Under the pieces are notes generated by a model. It was not told the DNA's origin, searched no databases, and saw only the letters and a list, made by a program, of their open reading frames with translations. Shown in pieces: positions 1 through 11,150 of a stretch of DNA of 64,000 nucleotides (positions are counted from its first letter, which is position 1; each line of letters begins with the position of its first letter). Source of the stretch: Zootoca vivipara (taxonomy: Eukaryota). A program made the position numbers and the translations under genes. Where the stretch lies: assembly GCF_963506605.1 (NCBI RefSeq), contig NC_083277.1, forward strand, positions 63,984,001 through 64,048,000, given 5' to 3'.

Positions 1-478
1 AATGACACTGGTTGCCCTGTCACATATAACACATTTTGAGTTTTCCAGAACACGAAGGGAAGACTAAGACATGCCTTGGGCTCTCCTAGCCTTGGCTATT
101 AGAGTACAAATACTAATCTTAATGAAAGGCTGCAGAGCTGAAATGTATGTCTTATTTTGAATGGCCTGATTAAAGAAAATAAACAGGCTTGAGGTTTAAT
201 CCATTCTGAGGCGAAAGCAATTATGTGCTTTTGGGGAAATGAAGGGGCTTAATGGCGCTTACAAAGAGCAATCAAGCAACAGAGTGAGGAAATGAGGAAA
301 TGTGCAGCATGGTTTAGCATCCACGCTTCAGCGTCCTGGAAAATAAGTCAGGGATTGTACATTTTCCCAGGTTAGAGCTGGGGAGAAAACTGTTGCTTAA
401 GCAATGGTGGTGCCCTTCCTGGTTTTTGGCCAAATCATGATCTAAGCAGGTGCTCTGATATGTACTCCCCTCCCCCCT

Positions 479-1432
479 ATTTATTAATTGCCTTTATATT
501 CCACCTCCCCACCCATCAAGGTGGCGTACGTGGTTCTCCTCATGCCCTCCTCATTTAACCCCCACAACAACCATGTGATGTAGGTGAGGCTGAAAGGCAT
601 TGATTGACCCAAAGTCGCCCAGTGAGCTTCATGGCAGAAAGGAGATTTGAACCTTCAACTCCCAGGCCCTAGGCCAGTGGTGGCGAACCTATGACACGCG
701 TGACAGACATGACACGCACAGCCATCACTGCTGGCACGTGCCCCATCGGCCCATTCGTGCTGCTGCTGTTGTTGTTTTTCCCCAATTTGTTCTCCCGCTC
801 CTCCTACAGCTTGTCTCCGCTGGAGCTTGTCTCCGCTGTTAAAACCCGGATCCTTTTTTGTTGTTGTTGCTGGTAGCCAGAGGTTGGTTTTTTAACCCTT
901 CCTGTGCTGTTTTTTTCTGGCGCTTTGGCAGACTATGATTGGGTGTAACAGCGTTCGTTTTTTAACCTGTTCTGTGCTGGGGTTTTTGGCGCTTTGGCAA
1001 ACTATGTCGGTGCTGCGTGTTAGTTCCAGTGAAGGTATTATTCGTCATTTATTTCTGTTCTCTCCCCCCCCCCAAAAGTGCAGCAGCTTTGGGGCACCCC
1101 CCAAAAGCAAAGCAACTTTTGCACCCCCCAAAAAAACCTCCCAAACTTTGGTCAGCAGCTCCCCCCAAAAAGCCCTTTGTGATAAATAAGGGGTTTTTGG
1201 TTAGGTTAGGTTAAATAATTAGTTTTTTGTTTATTAAATACAGTTAGATACAGTATTACAATTATACATTTTTGTTATTTAAACTATAAATATCGCGAAA
1301 TTGTGGTTTTTTCCTCGAAGTGACACACCACCCGAGTTATGCTCGGTTTTTTGGCGAATTTTGACACACCAAGCTCAAAAGGCTGCCCATCACTGCCCTA
1401 GGCTAACAATCTAACCACTGCACCATGCAGGC
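479..1432 (-). mobile_element. tRNA-derived SINE (Squam3/MIR-like), split by a hAT insertion at 675-1395
   Basis: Body CCCCACAACAACCATGTG...GCCCAGTGAGCTTCATGGC...GATTTGAACC (B-box on minus strand). The tRNA head resumes after the hAT element (CTAACCACTGCACCATGC). Same family as 5325-5528 and 49060-49300. Confidence 0.75.
675..1395. mobile_element. Non-autonomous hAT DNA transposon (hAT1-like termini)
   Basis: Imperfect TIRs CAGTGGTGGCGAACCT / AGGCTGCCCATCACTG. Perfect 8-bp TSD CCCTAGGC at 667-674 and 1396-1403. No transposase ORF. Confidence 0.9.
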
Positions 1433-1804
1433 TATCCTGAGTAGCCTCAAATGCAGCTAGTTGCACACCTTTGGCAATGACTCTGAAGTTATTGCCTGGC
1501 TCACTAACTCCTCCTCCTGTGGCCCAGGGAGGGGGGGTGAGAGAGAGGGGGGAAAGAGAGAGGGGGGAGGAGGTGCTGGCCAGGAACCCAGGCAACTGGT
1601 GTAGGGACCTTCAGTCCTAAGGCAGGGTTGTGTGGGTCTCATGCAAGCCTTAGATAAAAGTCCCACTGAACTCAGTTGAGTAACCGTGTATAATATCCAT
1701 TATATAGGATTGCACTTTTAGTCTGGTTTTACTGGCTGATATCCTTATACTGTATACTACTTTGTTTAAGATGGGCTCAACATTTAAGCACATCTGTGGA
1801 GTAT

Positions 1805-1915
1805 TCTAGCTCAGTCAGTAGAGCATGAACCCCATGTTGGGCAAAATATTATTGCATTACAGGGAGTTGGGCTAGATGACCCTCATGGTCCCTTCCAACT
1901 CTACAGTTCTATGAT
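1805..1915 (+). mobile_element. Degenerate tRNA-head SINE with CR1-like 3' tail
   Basis: TAGCTCAGTCAGTAGAGCA A-box and CR1-type end GGTCCCTTCCAACTCTACAGTTCTATGATT. Confidence 0.65.
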
Positions 1916-2833
1916 TTTTACTTCTCCTGACTGCTTATGAAATTAATTTGGAATATAGTCTATTACACAAAAAACTAGTTTCCAGGTACAGCAAATAAAT
2001 TCCACCCCCACCCCCTTTGGTTGTTTATCTGACTTCCAGCAAATCACTATACAGGTCTCCAGGAGGCGAGGCTTTGCTTTGCACATAAAATCTTCTTTTT
2101 GGTGCTGCCTCACTTGGCAAATGAAAGGGTGATGTCTGACCTTAAATCTCTCTCCTATGCAGTGTGTCACACGCCACCACCTCTCAACTGCAGTAAATGA
2201 AGGCAGGATCCAGTAGGCAGAAATAAATCATTGGCCTTTCATTTTTTTATCAATTCCATTCTGAAAAGTTCATTCCTTTCATGGGGTCTTATTCAGAGCC
2301 AGCTAATGCTGAAATGTTCATCTTCTCTTTTTCATTTTGGAAAAGGAAGTGACAAGCCCAAATGGCCTGGCCATTTTGCATCATTTGCCTCTACCTGCCC
2401 TCTCTTTTATTCACTCCTTACCATGCTGCCAACATCAAAACTGAGTTACCTTATCACCTTCTGCAGCTGGGAATTGATTAAAATAATCATTAAAGTGCCT
2501 TCAGGCCCCCTCTGCTTTGCTTGTACAGCAAAAGGCTCCCAAACATACCGGTAGCAGAGTTCATTGAGGAAAACCGATTGTTAAGACCAGAGTGTATAGG
2601 CTTAATAGCAATTTAACATCCCTTTAGATGGGATGGAATGAGACGGTGACAAGATACAGCTGATGAAATTCTCTCTTCTACACAACTGTCAAGAGCAGAG
2701 GAACACTTTTGCATCTTGCCACCTTATTAAAGGAATGGATGGTGAAACTGTAAAGATCCCATGTTTTTTTTAAGGGTGCCTGTATATCCTGCTAACTGAG
2801 AGTCAGTCAATGTGGTGCCTTACAGGTGCTGCA

Positions 2834-3330
2834 CTCCTTCATGGATCACTGCCTTGTCATGACGAAGGGGCTTGAATAACTCAGAGAAGCTATGAGGTGC
2901 AGGGCCACCCAAGATGGACAGGTCATAGTGGAGAGTTTTGACTAAACGTGATCCACCTGGAGAAGGAACTGGCAAGCCACTCCAGTATCCCTGCCAAGAA
3001 AACTCCATGGACAAAGACAACAGCCTTTGTTCTTAAGGAAATCAGCCCTGAGTGCTCACTGGAAGGACAGATCCTGAAGCTGAGGCTCCAATACTTTGGC
3101 CACCTCATGAGAAGAGAAGACTCCCTGGAAAATACCCTGGTGTTGGGAAAGATGGAGGGCACTAGGAGACGGGGATGACAGAGGATGAGATGGTTGGACA
3201 GTGTGAAGCTACGAACATGAGTTTGACCAAGCTGTGGGAGGCAGTGGAAGACAGGAGTGCCTGGCGTGCTCTGGTCCATGGGGTGACGAAGAGTCGGACA
3301 CGACTAAATGACTAAACAACCACAACAACA
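2834..3330 (+). mobile_element. Internally deleted BovB (RTE) element: 5' UTR fused to 3' end
   Basis: The 5' part matches the BovB 5' fragment at 52432+ up to GACAAAGACAACAG. It then jumps to the 3' end (KEISPECSLEGQILKLRLQYFGH) and a (CAA)n tail. 12-bp TSD ACAGGTGCTGCA at 2822-2833 and 3331-3342. Confidence 0.85.
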
Positions 3331-3837
3331 ACAGGTGCTGCATGACTCCCATCATCCCTCTCCATTGGCTGTGCTAGCTGGGGCTGATGGGAGTTGGAGT
3401 CAAACAAAATCTGAAAGAGACCACATTGACCACCCCTGTTCTAATTCATGATAGAATAGGGAGGGAATCGGAGCTATTGTAGTTGTCCACAGATGCCATG
3501 CAACTTAAATGAACAAGTGTATCTGTGATTACCAAAACACATTCTCTAGAATCATCCTACAGGTAGAGACAAATATCATATAAAAAGCGAATTCACAGTG
3601 GGGGTGCATGGCTCTGCTATAGTGTGAATCTCCCTTCCATCTGGTCTTGTCATGAGCCCAGCAGCACTGTTAAGATTGGGTTTGGATTCCAGGAGAAGAA
3701 ACAAAGAGGGGGAGCTGAACAGTGGGAATCTGTGTCAGAGCAGGAGAGCCCCTGGCCCTTTGCACCCTGACGTCAGCCATTTCGGAAGACAGAGCAGGGA
3801 TTCCAACTCTCCGGCATTGTTATTGCAAAGCTGAAAG

Positions 3838-3973
3838 CAGGCATCCCCAAACTTCGGCCCTCCAGATGTTTTGGACTACAATTCCTATCTTCCCCAACCA
3901 CTGGTCCTGTTAGCTAGGGATCATGGGAGTTGTAGGCCAAAACATCTGGAGGGCCGCAGTTTAGGGAAACCTG
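3838..3973. mobile_element. Palindromic hAT MITE
   Basis: Termini CAGGCATCCCCAAACT / AGTTTAGGGAAACCTG, inner inverted repeat CCCTCCAGATGTTTTGG / CCAAAACATCTGGAGGG. Perfect 8-bp TSD GCTGAAAG at 3830-3837 and 3974-3981. Confidence 0.9.
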
Positions 3974-5324
3974 GCTGAAAGCCTCGAGGCAGGCTGGGGT
4001 GGGCTTTGAGCAGCCAAGAAGAAGGCAGGTTAGGAGGCATCAGCAAATGAACAGGAAGGGGCAGTCTTGTTGCCTAGAACCATGTGCCATTTTCACAGAT
4101 GGTGGGGACTCATCCCCCTTGATGGAGCAAATGTATGCAATTCCTAGAAGACAAGCAACTCTTGTGAGTGAGTGCGCCACACCTCAACTTTCCAACTGCA
4201 TAAAAACTTGCTGGGGACATCTTTGTCACTTCTGTCAAGTTTTGAGCTTCTTGCCCTAATGACTCCCGAGCCTTGTGTCTGAGGCTGAGCCTCTGCTCTG
4301 TTACCTGCCTGAATTAAGCTCTTTTTCTTTCTTACAAGTAACAAGAACTGCTTGTGGGTTTGGGGGCAGGGCCACAGCATTTATAGCAGTATTTTGTTTG
4401 TGGGCTGTGTCATGCATCTTGTGCCCTTCCTCCCATATCTCATCTCACCTACTCCATTTTTTAAAAAAACTTATGTAAAATTTATATTTGTATGCTTGAA
4501 CATCCATTCATCACCATTTCTAAACTGTTTTTACATCTGAGAAAGAAGCCGTTCTGTGAAAAATGTTGGGGGATCTTTTAATGCTTTCCCCTTTCCTTTG
4601 AATTCTCACTGTATAGCATGTATGTGAAGAGCTAACTTCTTTTTAAATGTAGGCTCCAACCGTGCATTATTTTATAGAGAATTTATGGTTCGTGCAATCT
4701 GGAGTCACTCAGGACCAATTGTAAATCTGAAACTTTAATTACAAGCATTCCATCTCAACCGGTTGAGATGATGTGCATGCTCAGCTTTTTATAGGACACC
4801 ATTTAAGGCAAGTTGTCATTTGTTTATACGACACTAACCTTGTCTAACCATTACTCTACATTAACTGACAGGAAAACATTAATGCCAAGCTTATTGGAAG
4901 GCACATCTTTGTAAGACAACTTAAGGGAAGTTATATTAGCAAATATTCTATTCCGATTTTCCACCTATAAATGATGCTATTTCCCCCAAACATTTTTGAG
5001 AAATCACAAAAATGAGGGAGATATGTGTTAAGCCTGGGAATGCCTAGCAGCTACTACACCATTAACCCCTCCCTTTCTTCACCCATATTTGGGACAATAA
5101 ATGTGCGCAAGTGGAAGTGGCAGGAATAGCCCATGCTGGTCATTTATTCTGGATCTGTTGTTTGACAGGGAATGAAACACCCTATCAGTGCAGCATAGTG
5201 TCTGAGACAGTATGCTGGAGAAACAGCTCTAAACTACAAAAGGAAAAAGCCATTGTTTTAAAATGTGCACTTGAATTTCCCTTTCACCTTCTGATTTTTT
5301 TTTTTAAAGGAATCCACTGCTTCC

Positions 5325-5528
5325 ATTTTATTTTACTTACGTATTGCTGCATTTACACCACACCTTTCATCCAAGGAGCTCAAGGTAACCTCACAACAAC
5401 CCTGTGAGGAAGGTTAGGCTGAGAGTTGATAACTGGTGCAAAGTCACCCAGTGAGCTTCATGGCTGAGTAGGGATTTGAACCCTGGTCTCCCGGGTCCTC
5501 GACCAACAACACTAACCACTGCTCCACA
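5325..5528 (-). mobile_element. tRNA-derived SINE (Squam3/MIR-like)
   Basis: CACAACAACCCTGTGAGG...GTCACCCAGTGAGCTTCATGGCTGAG...GGATTTGAACCC...CTAACCACT. Confidence 0.7.
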
Positions 5529-5686
5529 TCATCTCTTTCTCTGCAAGTCTGAGAACTAAAATAAGCCTGAACACCCTTCTTTTCTCTTCCCACACGGTCT
5601 CCTCCAGTGCACTCATCTCTGCCCCCTAACCAACCATCAACCCCCGTTCCACCTGCCTTTCCCCCAACATCTTCTACACTCTAGTC

Positions 5687-6346
5687 CAGGGGTTCCCAAC
5701 AAAATTTTCTCGAGGACCCCTCATCGAGCCGCTACTGTGACAAGGACCCCCATTAATTCCTAATCCTAAAATTAAAAAGTGAGAGCCAAATTAAGAGTCT
5801 TTTTATATTTTATATTTATACGTTTTTTACAGTTACAACAGAGTACTCCATCAGTATACAGTTAGTTTTAATTTTCAGTTCTTAATGAGATGGACCACTT
5901 TTTAACCAACAGTCCATTTTTAACTACGCGAACTGTAGCTTCCGCGAAAAACAACGCTTTGTTTACAAACACTACTGTTTTGTAAAGAGGCAGCACGCGC
6001 CAGGGAGGAGGGAGGGGAATGGAGAAGACAGGGTACCTGTGCAGTAGCGCACAAATGAAGCTGACGCGCGCAAAGCATCTTGGGGAGGTGAGCGTTAGTA
6101 GAATGCGCGCGCTGCCTCTTTGCAAAACAGTAGTGTTTGTAAAGCGCCACCTAACGGCATACAGCAGAACTACTGCCTCTATCTAATTCTAGTTTTGTGC
6201 TAGACTCTGCTCATGCAGGAAGCGGCCAAAACAAAAAATCTGTTATCATACGAAATATATTTAATATTTTTTTAGCATCTTGCGGACCCCTCTGGCATAG
6301 CTCGCGGACCCCTGGGGGTCCGCGGACCACCTGTTGGGAACCACTG
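5687..6346. mobile_element. Non-autonomous hAT (Charlie-like) DNA transposon
   Basis: TIRs CAGGGGTTCCCAACA / TGTTGGGAACCACTG. Perfect 8-bp TSD CTCTAGTC at 5679-5686 and 6347-6354. CpG-rich interior. Confidence 0.9.
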
Positions 6347-7048
6347 CTCTAGTCGGAATTCCCTGCTCCATCCCATTTCAACAGGCAGTGATTATGGAGA
6401 CAGATCAAGAGGGCATGAACCAATCACCTTCCCCATGAAAGCAGAAGCACAGATGTCTGCCTTCCAGCAACCTAATCTGGATGTGATAAATGTTATTTGT
6501 CATAAGGTCACCTATCTGCTATCTCTAAATTACATTTTCTGTCATTGCTGATTGCCAAGATATGTGTGTGACATTATAAGCTGCCTTTATAGCAAGCCTG
6601 AACCATTTTTCTTCTCCAACCCCTCCCTTGAGAAGGCCGTGATTTAGTACTTGTTTAGCATTCTCACAATCATTTTTCTGTGAAAAGCCTTTGATTTCAG
6701 GCACTTACTCTGTAGAATCGGCAGTGAAAGAAATGAAAAAGAGAATGACATTTGGCTATCATACTGATAGGGCAGGACGTTACAATTAAGGAATTAATGG
6801 AAACAGTATTTTAGAGTTTAACTAGAGCCATCTAATCTATTTAAGAAAGCAACACAAATACCACTATTACTTTTTTCCACATTATGGAAAGCTTAAAGTA
6901 GGCACTTGGTAGCAAAATGAGACATGTTAATCTTTCTAGGCAAAATAGTAGATAGCCATATTGATCACTTAGAAAAACAACAGCAATAGTGTAACTCAAG
7001 AGGGGTCTAATTACACTGTTACTTTACTGTTTCTTTTGAAATTATAAA

Positions 7049-7409
7049 GGTAAAGGGCCCCCTGGCCATCAGGTCCAGTTGTGTCCGACTCTGGGGTTGC
7101 GGCGCTCATCTCGCTCTATAGGCTGAGGGAGCCGGCGTTTGTCTGCAGACAGCTTCCGGGTCATGTGGCCAGCATGACAAAGCCGCTTCTGGCGAACCAG
7201 AGCAGTGCACGGAAACGCCGTTTACCTTCCCGCCGGAGCGGTCCCTATTTATCTACTTGCACTTTGATGTGATTTCGAACTGCTAGGTGGGCAGGAGCTG
7301 GGACCGAGCAACGGGAGCTCACCCCGTTGCAGGGATTCGAACCGCCGACTTTCTGATCGGCAAGCCCTAGACTCTGGGGTTTAACCCACAGCGCCACCTG
7401 GGTCCACGC
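7049..7409 (-). mobile_element. Sauria SINE (POM/Squam1 type), full length
   Basis: Reverse complement of GGACCCAGGTGGCGCTGTGGGTTAAA...GGTTCGAATCC...GAGTCGGACAC...CCTTTACC. 14-bp TSD TTTGAAATTATAAA at 7035-7048 and 7410-7423. Confidence 0.92.
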
Positions 7410-7459
7410 TTTGAAATTATAAATCTGTGCTATCCAGAGTCATCTACCTCTGTATTCTA

Positions 7460-7643
7460 TTTGAGCAGTATATTTGGTCACCTCACTTAAAAAAGAATAT
7501 CGTAGAGCCGGAAAACATTCAGAAAAGGGCAACTAAAACCATGAAGGAATTGGAGCAATTCTCCCATGGGGAAAAGTAACAACATTTTGGGCTTTTTAGC
7601 TTAGAAAGAAGGCAAGTAAATGTGTCATAATACAGGTGTAAAA
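7460..7643 (+). mobile_element. Degenerate CR1 LINE ORF2 fragment
   Basis: TGGTCACCTCACTTAAAAAAG...CAGAAAAGGGCAACTAAAA...TTTAGCTTAGAAAGAAGG, typical of the CR1 ORF2 C-terminal region. Confidence 0.6.
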
Positions 7644-8194
7644 CAGTGTGCTGCACGCCACCCCAATTTTTGAGCAGTATGATATTTCAGGGGTTCCAGG
7701 TTGAGCGGTATGATATTTCAGGGGTTCCAGGCACTTACCCAGGGTTCATGTTTCCTTTTGGAAATGGGGCACAGCAGAGACTGTGGTGTCTTTATGATAT
7801 ATGGTTTATTTACACACATATACAACCTGAGCCTACAACGGAGGGGTTCACAGCACTGAACAGAAATCCCAGCAAACAAATAAGAATAAAAACTCAATAT
7901 ATCGCCAACATTGTCTAACCTCTCCAAACACGTTTGCAAACAAATCAGGATTAGCGCTCAATGAACAGATCAGCTGGAAGCAACCCTAAAAACAAAGTTT
8001 CTCAATTTTACCACATTTCTGGAAATATGATTGGTTACGTTTCCTCCCTACTTTGTAGGGGTTGTTAGTGAAGTGCTGCTTCTTTTACCCTTTTGTGAGT
8101 CAGAGCATAGAAATAGCTTAGCTGACAGCCTAACAAAGACCCTACTCTCTTAATGCACTGCAGAGATTAGTTGTCACCCTTCAGAAAAAACAGC

Positions 8195-8680
8195 TAATAA
8201 TGCTAATAATGCTAATAATAATAATAATAACAATAATTTATTATTTATACCCCGCCCATCTGGCTGGGTTTCCCCAGCCACTCTGGGTGGCTTCCAACAG
8301 AAACATTAAAATATACTAATTTCTTAAACATTAAAAGCCTCCCTAAACAGGGCTGCCTTCAGATGTCTTCTAAAAATCTGGTAGCTGTTTTCCTTTTTGA
8401 CATCTGATGGGAGGGCGTTCCACAGGGCAGGCGCCACCACCGAGAAGGCCCTCTGCCTGGTTCCCTGCAACTTGGCTTCTCGCAATGAGGGAACCGCCAG
8501 AAGGCCCTCGGAGCTGGACCTCAGTGTTCGGACAGAACGATGGGGGTGGAGACGCTCCTTTAGGTATACTGGACCGAGGCCGTTTAGAGCTTTAAAGGTC
8601 AGCACCAATACTTTGAACTGTGCTCAGAAACGTACTGGCAGCCAATGTAGATCTTTCAAGACCGGTGTTATGTGGTCTTG
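8195..8680 (-). mobile_element. L2 LINE 3' fragment
   Basis: ORF 8324-8608(-) VLTFKALNGLGPVYL...RAFSVVAPALWNALP is the L2 ORF2 C-terminus. 3' stem-loop and (TTA)n tail present. Confidence 0.88.
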
Positions 8681-9030
8681 AAATATCACTCTACAATTAA
8701 AATAATATATCAGAAAAATCCATTATTACACAATCATATATCTGTTGGTACATATGATTAGTTATGAATTACATACAAAACCAGGATAGCCATTGTCCCA
8801 CTTTACAAAGGCTAGTGCTTTATTCGAAAGAGTGCTTTGTATGAAGGACTGTCCAATCCAGGTCTGCTTTTAAGAACTGAGGACTCTAAGAACGGAGAGT
8901 GAGCAGGGGCCTTGAAGTTGCCCATTAGTACAGCAGACTAAGCAGGCGCACAAGAGATTGCATTGTATTTCTATTAAAATTACGGTATAGCAATATATTA
9001 CATTTACATTGATATATGCAGATTTTAAAA

Positions 9031-9386
9031 GGGACGCAGGTGGCGCTGTGGGTTAAACCACAGAGCCTAGGGCTTGCCCATCAGAAGGTCAGCGGTTCAA
9101 ATCCCTGCGATGGGGTGAGCTCCTGTTGCTTGGTCCCAGCTCCTGCCAACCTAGCAGATCGAAAGCACATCAAAGTGCAAGTAGATAAATAGGGACCGCT
9201 CCGGCGGGAAGGTAAACGGCGTTTCCGTGCGCTGCTCTGGTTCGCCAGAAGCGGCTTTGTCATGCTGGCCACATGACCTGGAAGCTGTATGCTGGCTCCC
9301 TCAGCCTATAGAGCGAGATGAGCGCTGCAACCCCAGAGTTGGTCACGACTGGACCTAATGGTCGGGGGTCCTTTACCTTTACCTTT
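9031..9386 (+). mobile_element. Sauria SINE, full length
   Basis: GGGACGCAGGTGGCGCTGTGGGTTAAACC...(ACCTTT)n. TSD TATGCAGATTTTA at 9015-9027 and 9387-9399. Confidence 0.92.
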
Positions 9387-9474
9387 TATGCAGATTTTAC
9401 GCAAAGCTGTGTCCTCTCTTTTGGCTATGCATTTTTCTCTCTCCTTTCTGAGAGAAAGGAGTAAACAGGTAAAA

Positions 9475-9564
9475 CATAGCTGCCAAGTTATCCCTTTTTT
9501 AAAGGGATTTTCCCTTATGCTGAATAGGCTTCCTTGCGAGAAAAGGGAAAACTTGGCAGCTATG
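9475..9564. mobile_element. 90-bp hAT MITE
   Basis: TIRs CATAGCTGCCAAGTT / AACTTGGCAGCTATG. Perfect 8-bp TSD AGGTAAAA. Confidence 0.9.
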
Positions 9565-10212
9565 AGGTAAAACGACTGAACCCATTTCTAATTCTTTTTA
9601 CTTTCAAATTCAAAGGAGATAGAAATGGAACATGAGCAGAGAGGGATGATGCTACTCCTACCTTCTCCTGATCTAATCCTTAAATGCTCTGAATATAAAT
9701 CCTGTAATAAGTAGATGCAGCAACTGGCAACTGTACAAATGCACACACATGCAGTGCTGTTCAGTTAGCCAAAGCGGCCTGCAACTTCATTATAGGATTA
9801 TACCTATTGTGATACTCCTGTAATCCCCCTTCAATGCCAATAGCATACTGTTAAAAGCTGGTAAGGTGCACTGGCTAGGGCTGTGACCTCTGACCCAGGA
9901 ACTCCTTGATTCCATCTCATGTCAGCTGTAAGCACAAGAAGCGGGCCACCCCAGCTATGGGGGCTGTATCCACACCTGCCCAATGATGTTATGGGTGAGT
10001 GTACACCAATATCACAATCACTACTTCCTTCTCAGGGGCATGTGCAGGAAAGAAAAGGTTTGGCTAACCTAATCAAGGGGTTACAAATGCATAAGAAGTA
10101 ACCACACTCACCCTTGTGGAGGGCAGGATCCAGAATCAATCTAGATTGAAAGTATAAGGGTGAGGGTGAGCATGAATGATGCCGTATTGAGAAAAGCTAC
10201 TTTTTTGCACAA

Positions 10213-10280
10213 TAAATAATAATATTATTATTTATAATATTTATTATATTATTATATATAATAATAATATTTATAATAAA
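10213..10280. repeat. AT-only low-complexity tract
   Basis: Degenerate (TAA/TAT)n run immediately before the Penelope fragment. Confidence 0.8.
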
Positions 10281-10282
10281 CT

Positions 10283-10426
10283 TCGGTTTCACTGTATCTG
10301 AAGAAGTGTGCATGCACACGTAAGCTCATACCAATGAAAAACTTAGTTGGTCTCTAAGGTGCTACCGGAAGGAATTTTTTTATTTTGTTTTGACTACAGC
10401 AGACCAACACGACTACCTACCTGTAA
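10283..10426 (+). mobile_element. Penelope-like element 3' terminal (pLTR) fragment with mutated hammerhead motif
   Basis: GTATCTGAAGAAGTGTGCATGCACACGTAAGCTCATAC...GGTCTCTAAGGTGCTAC...AGACCAACACGACTACCTACCTGTAA. Same family as 34751-35115 and 38638-39399. Confidence 0.8.
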
Positions 10427-10429
10427 TAT

Positions 10430-10560
10430 AATAATAATAATTTATTGTTTATACCCCGCCCATCTGGCTGGGTTTCCCCAGCCACTCTGGGCGGCTTCCA
10501 ACCAAATATTAAAAACAATACAGCATCAAACATTTAAAAACTTCCCTAAACAAGGCCGCC
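10430..10560 (-). mobile_element. L2 LINE 3' end fragment
   Basis: TTTATACCCCGCCCATCTGGCTGGGTTTCCCCAGCCACTCTGGGCGGCTTCCAAC, nearly identical to 8245-8300. Confidence 0.8.
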
Positions 10561-10577
10561 TGGGTTAGTGTCTACGC

Positions 10578-10661
10578 CAGGCATCCCCAAACTGTGGCCC
10601 TCCAGATTTTTTTGGCCTACAAGTCCCATGATCCCTAGCTAACAGGACCAGTGGTCGGGGA
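10578..10661. mobile_element. Truncated copy of the palindromic hAT MITE at 3838
   Basis: CAGGCATCCCCAAACTGTGGCCCTCCAGAT...CCCATGATCCCTAGCTAACAGGACCAGTGG. Confidence 0.75.
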
Positions 10662-11064
10662 ACATGAATAGAATGTGTCCTTTTAATTAAAATGCATCTC
10701 TGGGAAATCCCATATTGCTAGGGCTAATTATTTGCTAGCACAATAATATAGTTGAATACCACTCTCAGTCTTCATTAATTCTATAATAAAATGTGTGTAG
10801 TCAGCCACACTCTCCGCAATTCACAGATAAGAATAAGCACATTCTGGTACATGGATGGGTGAGGTTAAGATACAGCATGGAAAGCCAACAGCATGGCTGG
10901 ATAAAGAATGGAGAAGCCAACACAATCTGCATTCAAAGGTACCAATAGTTGAGAAAGTGGGAGCTCTCATTTGGGAGCAAATAGCACCAAATGGCAAAAG
11001 CAGCATAGGAAGTAACAGACCGCACAGCAAGTGAAATACACACACAATACCATCTAGAGGACAT

Positions 11065-11150
11065 TGCTCCCATTTTACAGATGAGGAAACAATGAGGCAC
11101 AGCAATAACCATCTAGTGAATTTATAGCAGAGAATTTCAAAGCAGAAATA
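11065..11150 (-). mobile_element. MIR/CORE-SINE remnant
   Basis: CCCATTTTACAGATGAGGAAAC..TGAGGCACAG is the MIR core motif. Confidence 0.6.

Noticed and set aside
7081-7272. Recurring ORF MTKPLLANQSSARKRRLPSRRSG (also 9081, 16401, 58241)
   Set aside because: Antisense translation of Sauria SINE copies.
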